A DNA stretch of 64,000 bases, taken from the NCBI GenBank assembly GCA_963828735.1, contig CAWHFW010000005.1, positions 2,400,001-2,464,000 of the forward strand, read 5' to 3'. Positions 1-8,503 of this stretch are shown one piece after another. This DNA comes from an uncultured Gemmatimonadales bacterium. GTDB taxonomy: Bacteria > Gemmatimonadota > Gemmatimonadetes > Gemmatimonadales > GWC2-71-9. The translations under genes were made by a program, and so were the position numbers. The first letter of the stretch is position 1, and each line of letters starts with the position of its first letter. The notes beneath the pieces are model-generated. The model was not told where the DNA came from and ran no database searches. It saw only the letters and a program-made list of their open reading frames with translations.

Positions 1-991
1 GTGTGGTCCGCACCACCTTCTCGCCGGCGGCGATCCCGCTCACGACCTCGACCCGGTTGCCGTCGAGGTCCGCGCCGAGCGTGACCGCGCGGAGCGTGGT
101 GCGGTTGTCGTCCCACACGAGCGCGTAGCCGTCCTTGGCCACCGCCGAGCGCGGGATGGCGACGACCCGCCGCCGCTCGGCGCCGAGCTGCACGGTGACG
201 CTGCTGCCCGGCGTCAACGCCGAGCCGGGGGCGAGCTGCAGAATGACCTCGCGGGTGCCGCTCGCGGCGTCGATGACGGGCGACGTGCGAACGACCCGGG
301 CCTCGGCGCTGGCGCCGCGGACGGCGAGCACCCGCCCCGTCGCGCCGACCCGGATCGCGGACGAGGCCGTCTCCGGCACGCGGACCGCGGCCAAAACGGG
401 GGCGAGCGCCGTGACACGGAAGAGCGAATCACCCGCGTTGACCAGACGTTGCACGCGCGCCATCCGCGCGGTCACCACCCCGTCGAACGGCGCGACGATG
501 CGGGTCAAGTCGTAGTCACGCTGCGCCTTCCTCACCGCGAGATCGGCCGCGCGGTGCTCGAACTCCACCTGCTCGGAATCGGCGCGAGTGACCACGCCGG
601 CCGTGGCCAGCGCGCGTTGCCGCTCGACCCGCTGGGAGGCGTTGGCCGCCTGCTCGCGGGCCTGGTCGAGCGCGATCTCCTGGTCGGTACTCTCGAGCTG
701 GGCGATGAGCTGACCGGCCGCCACGCGCGTGCCGATGTCCGCGAGGATGCGCTCGACCTGCCCCGAAGACCGCGCAACGACTGCGGCGTCGTGTTCCACA
801 TAGAGTTGCGAGGAGAGGCTCAGCGGGCGGTCCACCGTCGTGCTTTCGGCTGTCTCGATGTTCCCTGGCGGAGGCGTCGTGATGGTGGCGGCGGCCGCGG
901 TCTCGATCGTGCGTTTGCGGTCCGGCACGTTGTCACCGGCGCCGGCGCAGGCGGTAAGCAAGATCGCGAGCGGCAGGGCGGTGCGGGTCAC
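1..991 (-). CDS. RND/HlyD-type periplasmic adaptor (membrane fusion protein), lipoprotein; runs off window start
   Basis: Own translation from GTG at 991, overlapping the upstream TGA: MTRTALPLAILLTACAG (lipobox), VVARSSGQVERILADIGTRVAAGQLIAQLE, IVAPFDGVV, VEVVSGIAAGEKVV. Absent from the ORF track because no stop falls in the window. Confidence 0.85.
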   Translation of the reverse strand, partial: MTRTALPLAILLTACAGAGDNVPDRKRTIETAAAATITTPPPGNIETAESTTVDRPLSLSSQLYVEHDAAVVARSSGQVERILADIGTRVAAGQLIAQLESTDQEIALDQAREQAANASQRVERQRALATAGVVTRADSEQVEFEHRAADLAVRKAQRDYDLTRIVAPFDGVVTARMARVQRLVNAGDSLFRVTALAPVLAAVRVPETASSAIRVGATGRVLAVRGASAEARVVRTSPVIDAASGTREVILQLAPGSALTPGSSVTVQLGAERRRVVAIPRSAVAKDGYALVWDDNRTTLRAVTLGADLDGNRVEVVSGIAAGEKVVRTT

Positions 992-2916
992 GACCAGATC
1001 CTCCACCAGAAGAGACGGCCCCACCGGAGCGGTCCGCGGAAGAGCCGCGTGGCTGCGGAGGCCGGGTCGGTGAGCACGCGGACGTAGGCCGCCATGCTCG
1101 GCTTGAGCGCGCCGTCGGGATTCGCCACGACGGCGCGGACGGGATAGCGCACCTCGCCCGCGGTGTCGGCCGGAATCGGGGCCACCGCCAGCACTCGGCC
1201 GACGAAGGTGCGCTGGGGGACCGCATCCACCCGCAGGTGCACATCCTGACCCGCGCGCACGCGATCGATGTCGCGCTGGGGCACCCCGAAGTCGAGCTCG
1301 AGCGAGTCGGTCCGCCCGATGGCAAGGAGCTCGTCGCCTTCCTCGAGGGACGCGCCCACGCGCTCGGTGACCCGCGGGGTCAGGACCACGCCGGGAACCG
1401 GCGCCCGCAGGGTCGTGAGCTCGACTTCTTCATCGAGCAGCGACACCTCGCGTCGCAGCGCGTCGCCGCGGAGCCGATGCAGCCGCTCCTCCGACGGGTC
1501 GCCACGGCTCGCGGCGAGCGACGCCAGTCGATCCGCGGAGGCGGCCTCGGCCGCGGTGGCTTCGCGGTCGGCGCGCAGCGTGGTGGCGCGGAGGTAGGCG
1601 ACCGGCGTCCCCCGGGACACGACGCTCCCTTCGGCCACCGGAATGCGCTCGACCACGCCCGCCACGAGCGCCCGGACCGGTGCGAATCCCATCGCGCGGA
1701 ACGCGGCGTCCTCGCCGGCTACCCGGAACGGCCAGCGAATGAGGAACAGCCCCGCGACCACGACCGCGGCGACGGCCGCGTAGATCTTGAGCCGGCGGTG
1801 TGGAATCGAGCGCAGCGCCTGCCGCTTGGCGGCCAGCGCACCCAGCGCGTCCACCATCGGGACCTGGTGGTAGAGCTGGGCATTCCGCAGCGCCACGGCC
1901 GTCTGGTTGGCCAGAATGGCGGCGACTTCGCGCTGCGTCGGCGTGGTGAAGTCGGCCGAGCCGGCCTCGAAGACCAGCACGCCGAGCACGCCCTCTTCGT
2001 CCTTGAGCGGGAGATAGAGGCCGCTCTCGACTCCATCGCTCTCCAGGTCCGGGCCGAAAATGGTGACGAACATCCGCTCGGCGTCCGAGCCGGGCGCCCC
2101 GCGCTCGACGAGGTAGAGCGGCTCGCCGCGCCCCGCGGCCCATTCGGCGCGGGCCACCAGGTCCTGCAGCTTGGGATCCTTCGGATCCACCGTCTCCTCG
2201 CCTGCCACCGCCCGGATGTCGCAGCGTCCCTTCTCGTACAGGGCGACGGCGGCGCGATCGAACGACAGCGCGCGCGAGGCCAGGTTGACCACCGATTGCA
2301 GCACGCGGTCGAGATCGAGTGTGGCCGTGATCTCGCGGCTGATGTCCAGCAGGACCGCGAGGTCACCGGCCCGCCGGCTCGCGGCGTGGAGCTGCGCGTT
2401 GCGCAGGGCCACGGCAGCCGTGGCCGCCAACCCCTCGAGAAAATCGCGATCGCGCTCGTCGAAGATGCCCTCGTCCGTGACCTTGCTGGTCACCTGGATC
2501 GCGCCCACGGTGTCACCGCCGGCCACCATCGCGGTGGCCATGACGTTGAAGCCAAGGGTTTCGGTCGAGGGGTCGGACCCCGGCTGAAATCGGGGGTCCT
2601 CCTGCGCACGGGTCGCCATCGTTGTCGTCTGCTGCTGGGCGGCCTCGCCGATGAGGCCGGTCCCCACGGGGACTTCGGCGCCGATCAGGCGCGAGCCTTG
2701 GCCGCCGACCGCGATGCGGCACCTCAGCACGTCGCCGTCGGCGATCCAGATGGATCCCCCTTCGGCGCCGAGGGCGGCGAGCACCCGGTCGAACACCTTC
2801 GGCAGCAGCTCATCGAAATCGAGGGACGCGCCCAGCTCCAGGCTGATGGACTGGAGCAGGCGCAAACGCTCGACTTCCTCGCGGAGTTCGTCGGTCGACG
2901 TTGCAGGTGCGCTCAT
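988..2916 (-). CDS. GAF-GAF-TM-HlyD family membrane fusion protein
   Basis: Two GAF repeats ending AVALRNAQL, TM segment IYAAVAAVVVAGLFLI, lipoyl-like halves VRALVAGVVERIPVAEG and LRAPVPGVV, beta-barrel ending LKPSMAAYVRV. Confidence 0.85.
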   Translation of the reverse strand: MSAPATSTDELREEVERLRLLQSISLELGASLDFDELLPKVFDRVLAALGAEGGSIWIADGDVLRCRIAVGGQGSRLIGAEVPVGTGLIGEAAQQQTTTMATRAQEDPRFQPGSDPSTETLGFNVMATAMVAGGDTVGAIQVTSKVTDEGIFDERDRDFLEGLAATAAVALRNAQLHAASRRAGDLAVLLDISREITATLDLDRVLQSVVNLASRALSFDRAAVALYEKGRCDIRAVAGEETVDPKDPKLQDLVARAEWAAGRGEPLYLVERGAPGSDAERMFVTIFGPDLESDGVESGLYLPLKDEEGVLGVLVFEAGSADFTTPTQREVAAILANQTAVALRNAQLYHQVPMVDALGALAAKRQALRSIPHRRLKIYAAVAAVVVAGLFLIRWPFRVAGEDAAFRAMGFAPVRALVAGVVERIPVAEGSVVSRGTPVAYLRATTLRADREATAAEAASADRLASLAASRGDPSEERLHRLRGDALRREVSLLDEEVELTTLRAPVPGVVLTPRVTERVGASLEEGDELLAIGRTDSLELDFGVPQRDIDRVRAGQDVHLRVDAVPQRTFVGRVLAVAPIPADTAGEVRYPVRAVVANPDGALKPSMAAYVRVLTDPASAATRLFRGPLRWGRLFWWRIWS

Positions 2917-2946
2917 GTCGGGTAGTTGAGGAGGGGCCTAACGACG

Positions 2947-3006
2947 GGCTCCGGCTTCCCGCAGTCGGGGGAAGCCGGAGCCGAGGCGCCCGCGGGAACC
3001 GCGGGC
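2947..3006 (-). other. Two GC-rich stem-loops between the peptide genes and the exporter
   Basis: 14-bp perfect stem 2947-2960/2969-2982; 8-bp stem 2988-2995/2999-3006; no U-tract. Confidence 0.6.
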
Positions 3007-3025
3007 GGACGATCTACGCCGCGAG

Positions 3026-3154
3026 CTAGATCTTCATCGGCGCGATCTTCTCCTCGAGCTCTTCGACGCCAAGCTCGACGTCCTTGGCCGGGACCGGCTT
3101 CTTCGGCTGCTGTTCGGGGGTCTTGGTCCGGGACTGCTCGTCGTGCTTGATCAT
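3026..3154 (-). CDS. Small peptide 2 (42 aa), ELxVEELExxIAP family
   Basis: MIKHDEQSRTKTPEQQPKKPVPAKDVELGVEELEEKIAPMKI; GAGAG upstream; paralogous motif. Confidence 0.75.
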   Translation of the reverse strand: MIKHDEQSRTKTPEQQPKKPVPAKDVELGVEELEEKIAPMKI

Positions 3155-3201
3155 GATAGCTCTCGTTTCGGAGAAGGTCGAGGGTGGAACGTCGTTTCGG
3201 G

Positions 3202-3360
3202 TTACTTGTGGCCCGGGATGATCTTGGCCGGCGCGATGCGAGCCTCGAGCTCCTCGACCGAAAGCTCCACGGCCTCGGCATCCTTCCCAGTCGCCTTGCG
3301 AATGCTGTCCTTCTGCTCGGTGGTCAGATCGATCCGGAACGAGTCCTTGGCGCTTGACAT
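3202..3360 (-). CDS. Small peptide 1 (52 aa), ELxVEELExxIAP family
   Basis: MSSAKDSFRIDLTTEQKDSIRKATGKDAEAVELSVEELEARIAPAKIIPGHK; AGGAG RBS; full-length similarity to 7784-7939. Confidence 0.88.
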   Translation of the reverse strand: MSSAKDSFRIDLTTEQKDSIRKATGKDAEAVELSVEELEARIAPAKIIPGHK

Positions 3361-3415
3361 CGTGAGCTCCTGGTGTGGGTCTGCGATTTGGGGGCGGCCA
3401 GACTGACTGGGAACG

Positions 3416-3469
3416 AACCTACCAGGCTGCCGTGAAAAGATCGTGATTGCCTACTTGCCCTTCCGTCAA
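3416..3469 (-). promoter_or_regulatory. Putative SARP-activated promoter of the peptide 1/2-exporter operon
   Basis: Minus-strand TTGACG (3464-3469), ATCACG (3442-3447) and TTCACG (3431-3436) at 22/11 bp spacing, then 9 nt, then TAGGTT (3416-3421). Confidence 0.7.
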
Positions 3470-3508
3470 TCCCCGATACGTTAGCAGGGTCTTCCCCTTG
3501 GACCATTC

Positions 3509-5758
3509 GTGTCCGCCTTCACGCTGCGACTCTTCGGTGCCCCAACCCTCGCGACCGCCGAGGGGAGAACGGCCGTGCCCGCCTTGGGGGCCAAGCCGCT
3601 CGCCCTGTTGGCGTACCTGGTGCTGGAGCCCCGTCAGCACACCCGAGAGGCGCTGGCAGGGCTCCTGTGGGGCGAGTCGCCCGAGGCCGAGGCGCGTGCC
3701 TCCCTTCGGCAGGCACTCAAGCATCTTCGGGACGTGTTCGGTGACCAGCTCCATGCCGAGCGGGCGCTCGTGGAGTTGGCCGCACCGCTCGCCTGTGATG
3801 CCCTGGAGTTCCGGGCAGCGGCGGAGCGCGACCCCGTCCATGCGGTCGGCTTCGACGTTCCCCGGTTCCTGGAAGGGTTTTCGGTGCGCCGAGCGCCGCA
3901 GTTCGAGGAGTGGGTTTCCACGGCGCGCGGGGGCCTGCTCCGGCTTTACCATCAGGCGCTCGATCGCGCCGCCCGGGAATCGATGCGCCAATGCCGGTGG
4001 CGCGAGGCGGTGGAGCTCGCCGACCGGTGGCTCGCGAGCGAGCCAGTGTGCGACGAAGCGGCCCATCTCGCCGTCGAGGCACGCTACCTCTCGGGCAACC
4101 GCGCCGGGGCGATGGCGCGGTTCGCGGAGTACCGGGATCTCCTGGCCCGTGAGGCGGGGTGCGAACCCGGCCGGGCCCTCGAAGCCCTGGTGCGGCGGGT
4201 CGAGGCGGATCGGACGACGCACGACGCGGCGCCGATCACCGACGAGTGGTACACCCGCGCTCCGACCTTCGACGCGAGCCTAGTGGGGCGCGACGCCCAG
4301 TGGAAGGCGCTCACCGCGGCGTGGAAAGGCGTACAGCGCGGACAGGGCCGCATCGTCCTGATCGACGGCGAATCCGGCGTCGGCAAGTCCCGCCTGGCCG
4401 ACGAGTTCCTGCGGTGGGTGGTGGCCGAAGGCGGGACGACTTTGCATGGGCGGAGCTACGACCGCCGCGCGGGCATTCCCTACGAGCCCGTCGTCGAAGG
4501 GCTCCGCTGTGCCCTCGGCGCCCCCGGACTGGGTGGCACCTCGCCCGAATGGCTGGTCGAGGTGGCGCGACTTCTTCCGGAGATTCGCGAGCGCTTCCCG
4601 GGCCTGCCCGCTGGGGGGGAAGCCGATGCGACGGAAGGGTGGCGGCTCTTCGAGGGCGTGGCGCAGCTCCTCAGCACCATCGCCGCCGAGCGGCCGGTGG
4701 CGATCGTCATCGACGACCTGCAATGGTGCGACGAGGACAGCTGCAACCTCATCCGGTTTCTGACCCGCCGTCTCGAGCGCTCCGCCGTCCTGTGGCTCGG
4801 CGTTTTGACCCTGGGTGAGGTCGAGCGTGACGCGCCCGCGTCCCGCCTCTGCCGAGCGCTCCGCGCCAAGGGTTCCGCCGACGCCCTCACGGTGGGGCCG
4901 CTCGGCGAAGAGGACATCTGGCAGCTGGTGCGCGAGATGGGGCACGTGAGCGTGCCCACTGGGGGGCGCCGACTGGCCGCTCGTCTCCATCGGATCACGG
5001 GCGGCAATCCATTCTACGTGATCGAGCTGCTCAAGACGATGTTCGCTCAAGGCCTACTCTCCATGGACGGGGATACCGGCGAATGGACCGTGGTGCCCTC
5101 CGAGGTCGGGGCGGGCCGGGAGGTGCCGGTCTCGCAGACGGTGCAGGACGTGATCGCCGAGCGGGTCGATCGGCTGTCCACCGACCTGCGTGACGTCCTC
5201 ATCACGATCGCGGTGAGCGGCGGCGGGTGCCGCCCGGACGTCCTTTCCCACGTGCACGGGATCTCCCGGCTTCGCGCCGCGTCCGCCGGCGACGCGCTGG
5301 TGGATCGCTATCTCGTCACCGAAGAAGGCGGCTGGTACCGGTGCATTCACCCGGTCATCGCCCACATGGTACGGGACGGCCTCACGGCCTCGCGCCGGCA
5401 GGAGGTGCACCGCGCGATCGCGTTGGCCTTCGAGCTGGTGATGGAGGGAGACGAGCTGGTCGCGGTCGCTGGGGAGATCGCGCGCCACGCGGAGCGGGGA
5501 GGCGAGCGGGATCTGGCGTATCGCCACGCGCGACGCGCGGCCGAAAGCGCGGTGACGCGCTACGCCTACGCCGAGGCACTCTCGTGGCTCGACCTCGCGG
5601 CGTCCTCCGCCCGCGGCTCCGTGCAGGTGCAGGCGGTGGATCAGCTGACGGCCGAAGTCATGGAACGCGCCGGTTGGAGCGAGGCCCCGCGCCGGGCGAC
5701 GGCGCCCGTCACGCGCGAGATCGTGAGCGAGGATTTCGACCTTCGTGTGCGCGGCTAA
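3509..5758 (+). CDS. AfsR/SARP-type regulator: winged HTH + BTAD + AAA ATPase
   Basis: LRLFG...ALLAYL...REALAGLLWGE...SLRQAL N-terminus; Walker A GESGVGKS; Walker B IVIDDLQW; TGGNPFYV. Confidence 0.9.
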   Translation: MSAFTLRLFGAPTLATAEGRTAVPALGAKPLALLAYLVLEPRQHTREALAGLLWGESPEAEARASLRQALKHLRDVFGDQLHAERALVELAAPLACDALEFRAAAERDPVHAVGFDVPRFLEGFSVRRAPQFEEWVSTARGGLLRLYHQALDRAARESMRQCRWREAVELADRWLASEPVCDEAAHLAVEARYLSGNRAGAMARFAEYRDLLAREAGCEPGRALEALVRRVEADRTTHDAAPITDEWYTRAPTFDASLVGRDAQWKALTAAWKGVQRGQGRIVLIDGESGVGKSRLADEFLRWVVAEGGTTLHGRSYDRRAGIPYEPVVEGLRCALGAPGLGGTSPEWLVEVARLLPEIRERFPGLPAGGEADATEGWRLFEGVAQLLSTIAAERPVAIVIDDLQWCDEDSCNLIRFLTRRLERSAVLWLGVLTLGEVERDAPASRLCRALRAKGSADALTVGPLGEEDIWQLVREMGHVSVPTGGRRLAARLHRITGGNPFYVIELLKTMFAQGLLSMDGDTGEWTVVPSEVGAGREVPVSQTVQDVIAERVDRLSTDLRDVLITIAVSGGGCRPDVLSHVHGISRLRAASAGDALVDRYLVTEEGGWYRCIHPVIAHMVRDGLTASRRQEVHRAIALAFELVMEGDELVAVAGEIARHAERGGERDLAYRHARRAAESAVTRYAYAEALSWLDLAASSARGSVQVQAVDQLTAEVMERAGWSEAPRRATAPVTREIVSEDFDLRVRG

Positions 5759-5777
5759 CTGGAGACCACGAGGCATC

Positions 5778-6692
5778 ATGTTACGCACCGCCCTGCTCGT
5801 CTCTGCCACCGTGCTGCTCGGCGCGGCCTGCGACGACCTTCGTCTTCCCGCGCTCCCCGCCAAGGCGGGAACCGACACCGCGGTGGCCACCGCCTCGCCA
5901 TCTTCACCGAAGCCGAACCGTCCTGTCCGTCGCGCCACCAACGTCGACCCGGCGCTCGCCGCCCAGCGGCTCGACCTCGTGCGCCGTGAGCTTCGCCGCC
6001 TGGTGGTCTCGGAAGAGACGTACTACGCGGAGAACGGGACCTATACCGAGGACCTCGCCCGGATCTCATTCGCGCCACGAAACGACGCCGACGTTCGATT
6101 CCTTTGGCTCGCGCGGGGCGGATGGGCGGCCAGCGGCACCCATCCCGATGTCCCCGGCCGCGATTGTGTGGTGTACGTGGGGCGGGCGCACGGCGCGCCC
6201 ACGACGCTGCACGACGTGCGTCAGGGACGTGAAGGCGCGCCCGTGTGCGACGGACCGCCGCCGCGCCCGGTCCCATCGCCGGCGCAGCCCCAGACGGCGG
6301 CGGGATCTCCCTCGAGCCCGGCCGTCGCCTCGGCGCCGACGGAGTCTCCGCCGACCACGCCCGACACGGGCAGCGCGCTCGACATGGTGGATCCTGCGGT
6401 TCAGATGCGCGTGGACCTTAGGAATCTCGTGCTATCCCAGGACACCTATTTCGCCAACCAGGGCATCTATTCCCGGCGGACCGAGCCGTTCGCGCTCCAG
6501 TACCTCTGGCACCGCGGCGTCACGATCTCGATTCTGACCGCGACGGATGCGGGGTGGTCCGCCAGGGCGACCCATGCGTCGCGGCCCGGGAAAAGCTGCG
6601 TCATCTGGCTCGGAACGGTGACACAGCGGCCGGCGACCGAGGCGCAGAGGCGCACGCCCGAGCAGCCTGGGGCGCCCGTCTGCGACAGCTGA
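5778..6692 (+). CDS. Lipoprotein with two tandem pilin-like globular domains
   Basis: Signal MLRTALLVSATVLLGAAC; internal repeats LRRLVVSEETYYAENGTY and LRNLVLSQDTYFANQGIY, each ending C..GAPVC. Confidence 0.7.
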   Translation: MLRTALLVSATVLLGAACDDLRLPALPAKAGTDTAVATASPSSPKPNRPVRRATNVDPALAAQRLDLVRRELRRLVVSEETYYAENGTYTEDLARISFAPRNDADVRFLWLARGGWAASGTHPDVPGRDCVVYVGRAHGAPTTLHDVRQGREGAPVCDGPPPRPVPSPAQPQTAAGSPSSPAVASAPTESPPTTPDTGSALDMVDPAVQMRVDLRNLVLSQDTYFANQGIYSRRTEPFALQYLWHRGVTISILTATDAGWSARATHASRPGKSCVIWLGTVTQRPATEAQRRTPEQPGAPVCDS

Positions 6693-6795
6693 GATCGCCA
6701 GGCCTAGGCGCTTCGGTTGGGCAGAACGATGACGCCTCGACCGTTACGGAAAGGGGTCTAACGAGAGCGAATTTCGCACGCCATTATTGCGCGAT

Positions 6796-7461
6796 ATGAA
6801 ACGGTTCGAGTGCTCCGGGGTTCTGTTCGATCTCGACGGTGTCCTGGTGGACTCCGCCGCGTACGTCGAGCAGCAGTGGCGAGGCTGGGCCAGCGCCCGA
6901 GGCCTTCGGCCCGAGCCGTTTCTCCGCGTGTGCCACGGGCGGCGTGCGCTCGAGACGATTCGGATGGCCGCGCCCCACCTCGATGCCGAGGCAGAGGTGA
7001 GAGCGTTCGCGCCGGTCGAGGACACCAGCACGAGGATCGGTCCCGTCGCGGGTGCGCTCCGGCTGCTCACCGCGCTTCCAGCGAACGGATGGGCGGTGGC
7101 CACCAGCGGGCTTCGATCCACCGCGGCGAGCCGCCTGCGTCAGGCGGGCTTGCCGGCTCCATCGGTGCTCATCTGCGCGGAGGACGTCGCCCACGGAAAG
7201 CCCAGCCCTGACGCCTACCAGCTGGCCGCGCGCGCCCTGGGCCTCGGGCCGCACGAGTGCGTCGTCATCGAGGACGCCCCGGCCGGCATCCAGGCGGCGC
7301 GAGCGGCCGAGATGGCGGTGATCGGTCTCACGACCACCCATTCGCTCGACCAGCTCCCGGCAGATGCGTGCGCCAGCTCGCTCCTCGGCGTCCATCTCGG
7401 GCGCGTGCACCAGAGGCCCGACGGGCGCGATCGGATGGAGTTGCTCGTCGTCGAGGCCTGA
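6796..7461 (+). CDS. HAD-IA family phosphatase (YfbT-like)
   Basis: FDLDGVLVDS, ATSG, GKPSPD, IEDAPAG motifs. Confidence 0.88.
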   Translation: MKRFECSGVLFDLDGVLVDSAAYVEQQWRGWASARGLRPEPFLRVCHGRRALETIRMAAPHLDAEAEVRAFAPVEDTSTRIGPVAGALRLLTALPANGWAVATSGLRSTAASRLRQAGLPAPSVLICAEDVAHGKPSPDAYQLAARALGLGPHECVVIEDAPAGIQAARAAEMAVIGLTTTHSLDQLPADACASSLLGVHLGRVHQRPDGRDRMELLVVEA

Positions 7462-7722
7462 GCCGTGGTCCCGGGCTCCCACCTGCACAGCGTCCCCCAA
7501 AATCCTCCTGGTCCAACGACGCCTCCGTTTTTCGTGGTAGTTCGGGAAGGGCGGGAGAATCGAGTCGCGAGGTCGGGCTTCTGCAAATGCATCTGGCTCC
7601 GACGATCGCACGGCATCCCCAACAGCCGGTTACCCCACCACCGCAGCTGGGGTGAGGGAGGAGCGGTAGAAACGGCCGTCTATGGAAGGTGGCGACGCGC
7701 GGTGAGAGTGCCGTGAATTGAG

Positions 7723-7757
7723 CGCCCCCTCCCGCCGCAAGTCGGCGAGAGGGGGCG
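7723..7757 (-). terminator. Stem-loop downstream of peptide 3
   Basis: CGCCCCCTC(T)CGCCG-ACTTG-CGGCG(G)GAGGGGGCG on the minus strand; weak U-tract. Confidence 0.55.
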
Positions 7758-7783
7758 GGACGGCCCAACGTCATTCGAAGACC

Positions 7784-7939
7784 TTACTTGTTGCCCTTGA
7801 TGGGGAAGGGCTTCGCCGGGGCGATACGCTCTTCGAGCTCTTCGACGTTCAACTCGAGGGCCCGGGCGTCCTTCCCGGTGGCGGCCTTGACCTGAGCCTT
7901 CTGCTCTTCGGTAAGCTCCAGGCGGATGTGCTCGGACAT
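7784..7939 (-). CDS. Small peptide 3 (51 aa), ELxVEELExxIAP family
   Basis: MSEHIRLELTEEQKAQVKAATGKDARALELNVEELEERIAPAKPFPIKGNK; AGGAG RBS; downstream hairpin. Confidence 0.88.
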   Translation of the reverse strand: MSEHIRLELTEEQKAQVKAATGKDARALELNVEELEERIAPAKPFPIKGNK

Positions 7940-7980
7940 TGTGCGCTCCTGTCGGGGTGGGGGACTGATCGACAGGGGGC

Positions 7981-8034
7981 AACCTAGGCCACCGTCGTGA
8001 ATATCCGGTGAATTTGGGCGCGGGCGACCGTGAA
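7981..8034 (-). promoter_or_regulatory. Putative SARP-activated promoter of peptide 3
   Basis: Minus-strand TTCACG (8029-8034), TTCACC (8007-8012) and TTCACG (7996-8001) at 22/11 bp spacing, then 9 nt, then TAGGTT (7981-7986); same geometry as 3416-3469. Confidence 0.72.
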
Positions 8035-8053
8035 CCAGGGCGCGGGAGTCGGC

Positions 8054-8503
8054 TCAGCTGGAGCTGACCCGCTGGGCAAAGTCGGTCCAGAACTCCTCGG
8101 TCAGCCGGCGCGCGGTTCCTTCCAGAAACCGGGCGCCGAGCTGCGCGACCGCGCCGCTCAAGTCGCTCGTAGCCGACCAGTTGAGCCGCGTATGCCCGTT
8201 TCCGCAATCCTCGAGGCGGAGGGACGAAATCACGTCGACCAGGGAGCCGGGGGCCTTGCCGGACGCGCGCATCCTGAGGCGCTCGCCTTCGACGATGTCG
8301 GATAGCTCAACGTCCAGGGTGAACCTCACCTTGACCGAACCCACGCCCAAGCCCGAGACCACCTTGAAGTGAGTGGGGTCGAGACGCTCGACACGCTCCA
8401 CACCCGGCCCCGAGGCGGCGACGAAGTCGGGATCCATCAGCTTCTCCCAGACCTTCGTGCGCGAGGCGCGGATCTCCGGAGCGCCGGCGAAGTCCCATTT
8501 CAT
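8054..8503 (-). CDS. CoxG/SRPBCC family protein
   Basis: VWEKLMDPDFVAASGPGVE...GVGSVKVRF...GAVAQLGARFLE pattern. Confidence 0.85.
   Translation of the reverse strand: MKWDFAGAPEIRASRTKVWEKLMDPDFVAASGPGVERVERLDPTHFKVVSGLGVGSVKVRFTLDVELSDIVEGERLRMRASGKAPGSLVDVISSLRLEDCGNGHTRLNWSATSDLSGAVAQLGARFLEGTARRLTEEFWTDFAQRVSSS

Noticed and set aside
1237..2925. Long antisense and alternate-frame ORFs (e.g. 1237-2925, 9308-11488, 12998-14761, 17061-19106, 22168-24207)
   Set aside because: Shadow ORFs of high-GC genes: Arg/Ala/Pro-rich, motif-free and overlapping well-supported genes.
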